NCBI GenBank assembly: GCA_054600435.1
Contig: BAAIJX010000065.1
Span: 62,001-105,336, forward strand
DNA: 43,336 bases
Reading direction: 5' to 3'
DNA from: Neophaeotheca triangularis
Taxonomy: Eukaryota
Positions 1 to 9,619 of the stretch are shown here, in pieces. Under the pieces are notes generated by a model. It saw only the letters and a list, made by a program, of their open reading frames with translations. It made no database searches and had not been told where the DNA came from. Position 1 is the stretch's first letter. Each line of letters starts with the position of its first letter. A program made the translations under genes and the position numbers.

Positions 1-597
1 CCACAATACTACCATAGCTCTGGCTCTTGGGAGCAGCGTTGGGGTAATTGCCTTTGGGATTCGATTTCGCCATGGCGGCGGGCGCGTACTTGAGAGCAAA
101 AAATGGCGCGTACGCGTGAGCGGAGAGGAGGTTTTGGAGATCGGAGGGGGAGGTGGAGGCGAGGGTCGAGGGTGCGGACACGACGGGGGTTGTCGTGTAG
201 ATGTCTAGACTGTGATGCAGGGGGACAGGGTTAATTGATGGATGGGGTTGGTTTGGGGAGATGAGTTTCGGGCTTACCGGCCCCAGGTGTTCAGAACCTC
301 GTCTATGAGGGCGAGAGTGTCTTGCTCGTCGGCTTGTTTGAAGGGGTATCCGATGATCTTGGTGTTGGGGAAGTGGGTTTTGACATCCTGGGCGAGGTTC
401 GCGGCGTGGGCGTCTGAAGGCGTGGTTGAGCAGGCGTAGACGCAGGCTGCGCCGTGGGCGGCGAGTTCGTGCACGATTGCTTTGCCGAGGGATTGTTCGG
501 CGCCGGTGACTATGCAGACGAAACCGTAGAGTTTGCCGTCCGAGCGGTAGGGGGAGAAGTGCGCGGTTTCCGGCTCTTTGTAGTCGAGCGTTGCCAT
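1..597 (-). CDS. Short-chain dehydrogenase/reductase (SDR), 3' part runs off the window start; exons 597-278 and 209-<1
   Basis: ATG at 597. N-terminal Rossmann-like segment VCIVTGAEQSLGKAIVHELAAHGA. GTAAG donor at 277, TTAAC branch, CAG acceptor at 210. Splicing gives ...NTWGRLDIYTT...FFALKYAPAAM...YGSIV, typical SDR segments. Confidence 0.8.
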
Positions 598-1186
598 GGT
601 TGTTTCACGGATAGTCTTTAATCTTTCTCTCCCAGCACGCGGCGAGGATCTTGACATGCAAAAAAGAAAAGAAAGAATAAAACGGGAACTCTGCCACCTA
701 CCTCGTCAGGGTGTTGTATCTGAATCTGTGGGATCATGCTCTACTGATACACCTCCGGACCTCATTGCTGCAGACAAGCTGTACAGTAATCGCTGTTGAA
801 GTGATTGGTCACGAATAGTTGTCCTCGGAGTTGTATCTTGAAGTTCCTCTGCAGAGATAAGAATGTCGACGAGCTTTGCACAGACCAATTTTTAGCTGGT
901 ATCTAGTTTAGGCCGAGGGTTTGGGTAGACAAGAGACCAACCCAACTTGGCTTAGCCTCGTCTCCCGGCTCCCATGGGAGGCTGGTCAGATCTATCGCGA
1001 ACAAGTAGTAATACAAACATACCATATACTGTTACGCTAATGTAGCTTACACTCCCACAATGCTAACCCTTCGATCTCTCCTCCCGTGCCAGAAGCATCA
1101 AACGCACATGATGCAACCCCCGCAAGTGAATCCCTCAACGGCAACACCCAGAATCACACCATTACAATACCTGCTATCCTCCCCTC

Positions 1187-3688
1187 TTACTTAGCAAAAT
1201 GCAAATCGTAATTCAACCACTTCCGCGCCTGCACTTGCTCGACACTCAATCCCGGCTGACCGTAAGTCAAAGGCGCAAAGTAGATGAAACCACCAATGAG
1301 CGCCGCCACGACCAAAGCCCCGGCAGCCCAAGTAGCGAGCAAGCTCTGCCCGGCAATTCTTTCGCGAATCGGCCTGCTTCTCAGCTCCCTCAGCTTCTGA
1401 CCCTTGACGCCCTTTTCGCCGCCAGGCTTGCCGTCGGAGATGCTGGGGTTGTCGGTGGCGAGGGAGGTGAGTTCTTGGGGTTCGATGTTGAAGACGAACT
1501 CGAGGAGGGCGCCGGCCACGAGGGCGGAAGCGAGGTGGGCGGGCAGGTAGTGGTGAAGGAAGAGCTGGCGGCCCATGATGAAGAAGGGGAGGTAGTGGGC
1601 GGCCCAGGTTAGAAAGAAGAAGCCTGTGCTGTTGTAGAGGCGGGAGCGGGTGCCTTGGGGGAAAGCGGTGTTAGTATACATGAGGGACAAAACGACAAGG
1701 GGGAAAGGCTTGGGCTTACGTTTGTCCAGCGCGTCTACACCACGGCGCATGCTGAGTTGATCCGCAAGCAAGACGCCCGCGAAGACTGCGAGAATCGAAG
1801 CTGCGAGCCACCAGCCAATTGGGTTTCCAAGGAAGTAGATTTGCTGACGAGTGTCGTTGTGAGTCCAAAAGCTAACGCCGCGAAGCAGGAAGGGCCACTG
1901 GATAGGCTGAGAAGCATAAGGGTGGCTGCTGGTGAGGGCGTTGTTGTGGATGAACATTGCTCGCTGTAGCTCGGTCCATTTACGCATGAAGGGCAGTCTC
2001 TGAACTTTACGCTCTTTCTTGGCTACGCGCTCGCTGTCGGCAGGGATACCTGGGATTTCTTCGACGAACCAGATGTTTGAGGATTGCGCGATGTTCTTGT
2101 TGCCGTTGATTTCGGCCTGCTTGTAGCCCCAGTCTGGTAGTGGTTTGTCGGCATGCGTCCACATGGCCACCTTGGTCGGGAAGTGAACGAGCTTGAAGTG
2201 GCTGGCCATTGTCTTGAAGTTTGCATCCTTCTTAGCGTTCTCGATGCGAAGCTCAAACAATGTGTCGTTTAGTCGGTCACCATTCGCCGCGACTGGGTCT
2301 ACAGTGGTAAACTCCTGGTTCGTGGGGTAGTATGGTGATGCGACATCGTGCGATAGGAGGTAGGAATCAGTGACCAAGTGGCGTAGTCTCACAACATCGC
2401 CATGCTTGACGTGGTGGCCAGGGCCTTCCAACGGTGTCGATGGAATGATCTGCCACAAGTTGTTTGTATCGTTATGAGGGTAGCCAGTCACTTGTTGGCC
2501 CTGGGAGGAGACACGACCATCATCGTAACGAAGAGGGTACTTGTCAAGGTGAGAGTGCAAATAGACCTTGGTTTCCTTGTGCTTCATTGCGATGCTGTCG
2601 AAGTAGTCGATGCCAACGGCTTGAGAAGTCATAATGTTGTCGGAAAGAGTTGCCTGGAATTCCGGGCTCATGAAGTCGTCCCCTGGACCCGACCGAGTCA
2701 AAATGGCAAAGTGTACCTGGAACCAGAAAAGGTAGAACATGAACGGGACAAAGATCAATCCAAAGATGCGCGCTCCGAGGTGCTTGCCAAAGGTAGGCAG
2801 GGTCATTGGGCCCTGCTTGCGGTTCACATCCAGGAGATCCCATAGATCGATAGCGACCGGTACGCCAATGGAGAAGAAGGTAAAAGCTCCGACGTACTTG
2901 ATGCTCATGACGCAGCTGAGGCAGACACCAGTCAAGAGCAACCACTTCCACCATTTCCGGCCAAAGGGCTCATGTCTGAGCTTGTAAAATCGAATGTAGG
3001 ATAGGACGCTCAGCGCCATAAAGAAGACCAGCGAGGCGTCCAAGAGAATCAGACGCGTCTGAGCAACATGCGCATTGTCGAACAAAACCACCGACGCAGC
3101 CACCAGACAAGCCGGTAAGCTATACCCGCTCTCCCACATGATCCAGAAGACCGCCGACACCGTCAACGCACCCATGGACGCTGGCATAGCGCGGTATGCG
3201 ACGTAAGGCACCTTATTTGTAATATAGGATTCACCAATGTTCTCGAAGAGGAAAGAGCCATCGTAGCCCACGAGCCAGCCGGCGAAAGCGAAAAGGAGCT
3301 TGCCAAATGGAGGGTGGACGTCGAAGAAGTAGGTTCGTTGGAGGTAGTAGGAAGCAAACTATCGAGATTCATCCATGTCAGCATCTGCTTCCTTCCAAGC
3401 CCCCCAGAATCTTGATCCACCTACCTTTCCAAAGTGCACCTCATCGAAGACGACCTGATTGGGGTGCGTGATGCCCCAGAAGCGGGTCACGAACGCGAGG
3501 ATCGTTACAACCGCCAGGCCGAGCTTGTAGTCCCAATCGTTGCTTGCCGCCTCTTTGCCTGTCTGTTTCGCCCTGTCGAGCACCTCGTTGGCGGAAGAGT
3601 GGCCATTCATCCTGCTGTCGTTCGGGGTGGGCGTGGTACCGCGCTTATCATTAGAGCCGCGCTGGCGGACGCCCTCAGTGGAAGACAT
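1187..3688 (-). CDS. PMT4: Dolichyl-phosphate-mannose:protein O-mannosyltransferase, PMT4 subfamily; exons 3688-3425, 3358-1720, 1653-1187 (~789 aa)
   Basis: [27 protein letters not shown] is restored across intron 3424-3359. MIR-domain segments (YLHSH, VRLRHLVT), RQLFLHHYLPA and C-terminal DLHFAK are present. Intron 1719-1654 has GTAAG, CTAAC and an AAG acceptor. Confidence 0.92.
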
Positions 3689-4886
3689 GGTTGCACAGCA
3701 ATCTGAAGGAAGCCAGTGTGGGAATTGGCTGTGAAGGTAGATAAAAAGGAAATGCGGTTTGTGACCGCTGCAAGAAGAAAAGGTGTCAACAGGAGAGCGT
3801 TAGCTGACGGAATCGGGTTGGTGGTTCTACTGCGCTGGGTAAAGGTAAAGGTACTGTAGGTACCTCTAGCAAAGGGATGCGGATGCTGTGTTCGCTAGCG
3901 CCGAATTGTTTCCTACCAATGCCAGCTGGCGACGTAAGGTCCGGACAAGAAGGGGGCGAACCACTGCGAACTTGACCTCTGCCCCTACCTACCTTACTTT
4001 ATCTACTAGACTACTAGACTGCTAGTACAGTAGTACCTTATGTAGCATTACTTCCAACAATACTCTCATCACCAAACAAGATATGTCTCCATGCCACAAA
4101 TCCCCCGCTCGGATAGTTTTCGCTACTCGACGTCAGATACCCTCGTCTCGACAATAGCCCACATTGACCTAGAATTGTCTCATTGTATCAACGAAATAGA
4201 CCTCTATCCATCTCTTGGCTAATTCGTCGACCGACCACCTCCGAGCCTCGCTTGAAAGACGCCAGACCAGGCCTCTGGTACGTACACGGTACACACACCG
4301 AGCGAGCATTATTTGTCCGACGGGAATCGATGCACAGTCAACTTGGATCGCACATCATACACTCGCATCCTTCTCTAACCTGTGTTTCTGCCAATATGCC
4401 GCTCCATGAGATAGATTGGCTATGCATGACTACTGCGTAGCAGACATTTAGCAACTGCTTACGATAACACAGTCGAGTTACTTTCAATGAACAGACGCTG
4501 GGTAAGTATCATGACGAAGATAGGGATGACACGATGAGACGTGAGCAAGGAACGGGGTCGCGCGGGAAATGTGATTGAGGAAGTTCCTAATATGCTGCAA
4601 TGCATCTTGATGAATGATGGACCTTTTCTCCTGACTTCGAAAGCCGCCAGTCTCAAACGCGAAATGGTCCAGTCAGGCCGTAACATTTCGTGGTTTTTAG
4701 TGACACGTACGGACGTGGAGTCGCAATGGCCGTCGCTCAGGTGGGTAAATTTGGTATCTCGAAATTTGGTGGTATGGCTTCGTTGTTGCTAGACTACACG
4801 GTGTACGCATGCTCGTGCTCCATTGCTTCCACTGAAGACCACCATTGGCACCATCTCTTCCAATAAAAATGCTCTACGCAAACCCT

Positions 4887-5647
4887 CTACTTCAGGGGAA
4901 TGAAACGCGAAGAGTGGGTAGCACCGATACCGGGCCTACCGTGCTTGACGGGGTGGCTGTGCAAGGGTCAGCATCTTGTTCGAGATCAATGAGGCATGTC
5001 CTTGCAACAAAGTGAAAACTTACTAAGAGATGGAGAATTCAGCCAAGTAGTGACCGACCATCTCAGGCTTGATTTCGACCTGGTTGAACTCCTTGCCGGA
5101 GTAGACGCCAATGACGGAGCCGATCATCTCAGGGACGACAATCATGTCACGGAGGTGCGTCTTGACGAGGGCGGGCTTCTCGTTGGGGGGAGCCTCCTGC
5201 TTCGCCTTGCGGAGCTTCTTGATCAGACCCATGGGCTTGCGCTTGAGACCGCGGTTGAACCTGCGGCGGGCGCGGGCGTGAACAACATCGCGGAGCTGCT
5301 CGGAGGACAGGTCAAGGAGCCTAGGAGGAAGAACGTGTCAGTTGAGTGTTGCTGGCAGTGTAGGCGCCCGGCAAAGGCGTGGTTGCATAGGGCGATGTGT
5401 TTGGTGTACTCACTCATCGAGGTCGATGCCACGGTAGGAAAACTTCCTGAACGCTCTCTTTCTCTTCAGCTCTGTTGTGCCATAGTGATCAGCCGATATC
5501 CCATCTTCCTGCGCCCCTTTGTGGCCTTGACCATAGGGTTTTCAACCACGTACCAGCAGCCTCCTCGGGGTTCTACGAATTGTGTCAGTATCCTGCGAGT
5601 AATGTTCGAATGTCGTCTATTGTACTCACGTAATCTTGGTCGGCCAT
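4887..5647 (-). CDS. RPS15: 40S ribosomal protein S15 (uS19); exons 5647-5630, 5572-5554, 5471-5414, 5320-5024, 4956-4887 (153 aa)
   Basis: Four canonical GT-AG introns join to give [30 protein letters not shown]...[17 protein letters not shown]...[18 protein letters not shown]. Confidence 0.96.
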
Positions 5648-5778
5648 GGTGATTGCTGTGTTTGTCGTCGGTTGGCGATGTCGATGGCAATGTCCAAGTA
5701 GAAGTCGCTGGCTTGCGGTGCTGTGATGGTTTGAGGGGATTTGCGCAGCCTCCGGAGCGGATTTTCATTTCGCCGAGT

Positions 5779-5798
5779 ATCAGATCTGATCACGTGAT
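5779..5798. promoter_or_regulatory. Overlapping palindromes ATCAGATCTGAT and ATCACGTGAT (Cbf1/bHLH-type E-box) ~140 nt upstream of the RPS15 ATG
   Basis: RTCACGTG core is seen directly in the sequence; factor binding is inferred. Confidence 0.45.
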
Positions 5799-6187
5799 TG
5801 CCATCTCTTCGACGTTATGACCGCAGGTCCATGTTGGCATCGACTGGTGAAAGTCTTTAGTGGGACAAGACAAATAGACATAGTGCGACAGAGGAAAAAG
5901 AATAGCCTGTAATCAACGACAAGGCGAGTGGGGTTCGTCCGATTCACGGAGAGGTTGGGAAAGTGTAACATCACAGAGCGCTGAAGCTTTGGTACCGGTA
6001 TCTTAATGACAAAAAGCCGCAAATGCACATACATTGCGGCTCCTGAAACGACTGCAAGCACTCATGGTATCTTGCATCCATCTCGCCGCGCGCCCGTATC
6101 CACGCCTTCCCATCAGCCAGCGCGCATCGAGCCCACGTTCCCCAGAATCTACTCGCTTTCGCGCTCCCCCTTCCACGTACTCGTCGC

Positions 6188-6601
6188 TTAGTCGAACAGC
6201 CCGAAGCCCATGTCGTCGTCGGACTCCTCCTTCTCCTCCTCCTTGGCGGCGGCGGGGGCCTCATCGGCGGGGGCGGCACCACCAGCGGCACCACCAGCGG
6301 CGGGGGCGGCTGCACCGCCAGATGGGACGGAGGCAAGCTTCTCTTGGCCAGAGGAGATCAGCTGTTTCCAAATGTCAGCCTCTCGATTTTCTTCGATATC
6401 CAGCTATTCGTGGTGAAAGGGTGCTTTGGGTCCCGCGCATACCTCAGAGATGTCCTTGCCCTCGAGTTCCTTGAGGAGGGTGTTGAGCCTCTCGTCGTCG
6501 GCCTCGATACCGACGGAGCTGAGAACGCCCTTGATGTCCTCGGCAGAAGGCGAGGTGTTGCCACCAAGGCCGAGGAGGAGGTATGCTGCCATGTGCTTCA
6601 T
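6188..6601 (-). CDS. RPP2: 60S acidic ribosomal protein P2; exons 6601-6443, 6361-6188 (110 aa)
   Basis: [19 protein letters not shown]...[17 protein letters not shown], an Ala-rich hinge, and the P-protein C-terminus [13 protein letters not shown]. Confidence 0.96.
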
Positions 6602-6606
6602 TTTGG

Positions 6607-6695
6607 CTGTTGCTAAAGGCAGACGACTGTCAGTTTACTAGTCCTCCAAACACTTGCGAAAGCGCTGAGCGCTAGATACCAGGGGAGCAACATAC
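6607..6695 (-). other. Predicted 5'-UTR intron of RPP2 with tandem acceptors (TAG at 6613, CAG at 6607)
   Basis: GTATGT donor at 6695, CTGAC branch at 6633-6629, then ...ctttag caacag ccaaaATG. Confidence 0.6.
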
Positions 6696-7119
6696 TTTGA
6701 GGTGTTTCTGAACAGGAGAATCAATCGATTTAAGCGCTAGGTTGAGGCGCAGACTGATATCTTCGAGTTCGTGTAGGGGATTGTCGCTGGTCGTGGTCAG
6801 AGGGGGAAATGCTAGGTTTGCTCTGCCGCAAATTCACACTGTGATTTCCTTATGCCAAGAGTTTGCGGGCGCTAGGCCCAAAGCGAACGACGTGGACCGC
6901 TTTGCCGAGAGTCATGACTGCTGGGGCCCGATTGCTGGAAGCGGTCGACGTCGACGTCTCCTCACTTTACATCTTCTCTTCTACCTCCATCCTTCCACTT
7001 GTTATTCCCAGCTCTTACTTATAATTCTTTCAGGCGTTCAAGACTCCCTCCATCTGCGCTTCACCCCTCACTAATATCACAGGTCCAAACACCAACACCG
7101 AGCGGGCGGTGTCACCACC

Positions 7120-8344
7120 ATGGCGGTATGGCTCACTGACCTCGCTAGATATGGAAGCGTGGCGTCACTCACATCAGACACAGTCATTTAGCTCGCTCCT
7201 TTCATCCATTTCGGGCGCGCCCCAGGCATCACCGGCAAACTCTTCGAAACCGCCACAGCAAGGACAAACGAACAGAGCACCGAACGCAGCCTCTAACGGA
7301 GCGATATCGGCGCAAACAAACGCAGCAGCAGGTGTGAAGCGAAAGGCTGAAGACGATCGAACCGCACCAAATGCATCAAAATCCATCAAAACCGATCCAA
7401 CCTGGGGAGCAGCGAGACCAGTACAAACCAGCAATCCCCCCTCCGCCCGTCCAAATACTTCAGCCACAGCTCCAACGAGCCGCTTCCAGCTCTCGGCACG
7501 ACAGAGTACATCCTCACGACCCAACGCCCCTTCTCCAGTGAAGCCGGCGCAAAGGCCACCGGGCACTGCGCCCTTTCAAACTCCCGCAGCACCTTCAAAT
7601 CCCACCTCATCGAACTCCCAAGCGGGAGCAGCAAAGAAACGCGGCTTCGCCTCGATCATGGAGAAAGCCAAAGCAGCGCAAGAAGCTGCCAAAGCTGCCC
7701 CTAGCACAATCCGGCATAAACCTGTTGAACGGCTCTCTCGACGCGAGCGACTACGGCGCGAACAGCAGGAAGCAGCAGGCGGAAAGCCCAATGGCAAAGA
7801 CGGCAAACTCAAACCCCAAGGGCCGCAAGGCGGACGCAGTAGGAGCGGAACCCCGAGCGATACTCCCCACGGCAAAGCAGGCGGCAGGAAGCGCGAGGAG
7901 CTAGGGTACAAGGGAACGATGAAAACCGCTGCGCCCTCAACGAACGTCAAGAAGCGCGAGCCGCTCGCTTTCAAAGGCACGATGCGAGCCGGCGCAGTCG
8001 GTGCAGGTGGAAGTGGCGCGGCAGCTTCCAAAGTCCCTGCCACTGCGAAAGAGAAGGACAAGCGCCTCGCGCAGGATAAATACGGCGGCTACGCGTCGTG
8101 GTCAGATCTCTCGGACGCGGAAGAGGAGATGGACGAGCAGGATGACTACGGTTCCGAGTCGGATGACATGGAGGCCGGGCTCGACGATGTGGAGATGGAG
8201 GAGTTGCAGAGCGCGAAACTGGCTCGAGAGGCCGATCGCAAGGAGCAGGAGGAACTGGACCGGCATGCGCGGGAGAAGAAGGAGAAGAAAACGAGGTTGG
8301 AGGCGCTTGCTAAGCAGGCTAGGGGGAAGAAAGAGAGGTTTTGA
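7120..8344 (+). CDS. SPT2: SPT2-family chromatin protein / histone chaperone; exons 7120-7125, 7184-8344 (~388 aa)
   Basis: ATG GCG|GTATGG...CAG|TCA TTT is in frame with the long ORF. The C-terminal SDDMEAG...EE..SAKLAREADRKEQEE resembles the SPT2 domain. The rest is low-complexity and basic. Confidence 0.75.
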
Positions 8345-8589
8345 GTTTATGGTATGATTGAGACGAATTTATTTGATGTGATGAGGGGGTTCATGGTATA
8401 GCTTGGATTGCAAACATGCGTGCATGGAGTGGGATCGCCTTTAGCTTGGTTTGATTTTCCAGCGGGTACAGCGTTTTGAGCGAATCATTCTCCAGTCTTT
8501 GATAGCGTTGCTGCCAGACACAGGCGTATATCTACAAGTCTTTTCCGTCTGTCCGGACCCCATCGCTCACGGTAATCAGACGGGTACGC

Positions 8590-9100
8590 AAATGTCCTCG
8601 CCACACACCCGCATCAACCAAACCACCCTACTCCAAACTCGCCAACCTCTCAAAACCCCTTCGCCCCACCCGCCCACACAACAGCACGTTCCCAAACCAC
8701 CCCCCAAAACCCACCCCATTCCTCAAGAACGCAGGGAAAAAAAAGAAAAAAAAAAAGGCAGGGAAACCAACCCGCAGCAAAGGAAACGCAAAACACCGAC
8801 CCTCCTCCCCCCACCCCACCCCAAACCGCCATAAAACGTAACCAAAGCCACCGCCACCACGACACGACAGTGAAGACGCACGCACGCCCAATCCGGTCCT
8901 ATTCGCCACAAAAGAGCCAGCGATGCGAGAGACTTGCCTTGCGACCTTTCGACCTCACGACCTTTGTCCGAAAGCAGTCCGGCGGGGAGTCGGGGAAAGA
9001 GCGGCGACGAGGGCACATTTGTTTGTTCCGCGGCGCGTGTACGCGGACAGACTGTTCGAGAGCAGCCGCACTGGTGTCTTGCCCTGCCTGCTCTGCCTGC
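8590..9100 (-). ncRNA. Candidate intron-encoded structured RNA with H/ACA-like layout (~510 nt) inside predicted intron 9108-8549 of a non-coding host
   Basis: In order on the minus strand: GTATGT donor (9108), 5' hairpin, AAACAA (ANANNA) at 9024-9019, a 9-bp stem pairing 9012-9004 with 8604-8596 that closes directly before ACA-UUU (8595-8590), CTGAT branch (8579-8575) and CAG acceptor (8549). No credible ORF. Confidence 0.5.
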
Positions 9101-9619
9101 GCACATACGTAAAGAGTTCTGGCTGACAATCGGGGGTTGGAGAGCTAACTAAGGAAAGGGGGTTGTTGCGATGGGGGTTTCTCGCTCTGCTATGGAGGTA
9201 TGTGTGTATATATGTATGTATGTAATCCAAAGATTATGCTTGTTATCGGTAAGGTAGATGTGTATTGTGTGTGAAAGACAAGACACAAGAAAGGCACTAC
9301 ATATCGGAACGGGATCTAAGGGTATCGTCTTGCATAGCATGTTCAGCAAAAAGTACAAGAACCCCCTCCTCGCCTCGCTTCGCGAACACAAGGGCTACTT
9401 TCGTTCGTTGGCAAGTGATAGCTATGGATGCACAAGCCCCTTTATGTCGGATCGTAGCAACTCCACTGCCTTGGATGAAGAAAAGCAAAGGAAAACATAA
9501 CATCATACTCATCATGAACCCAGCCCCAAGCGCCATGCTAACCCATTCCAAAAAAAAAAAAAAAAAGAGCCGCTCCCTCTCATCTCCCAGAAGACCCCCA
9601 CCGCAGTTCCAAACCTCCT

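Noticed and set aside
8400..9300. Identity of the ncRNA candidate as telomerase RNA, SRP RNA, RNase P/MRP, snR30/U17, U3 or a TPP riboswitch
   Set aside because: No TAACCCTAA template, no GCUGUAAUGGC start or proper SRP helix 8, no convincing CR-I/CR-V pair, no snR30 m1/m2 pair near an ACA box, no U3 boxes and no TPP core.
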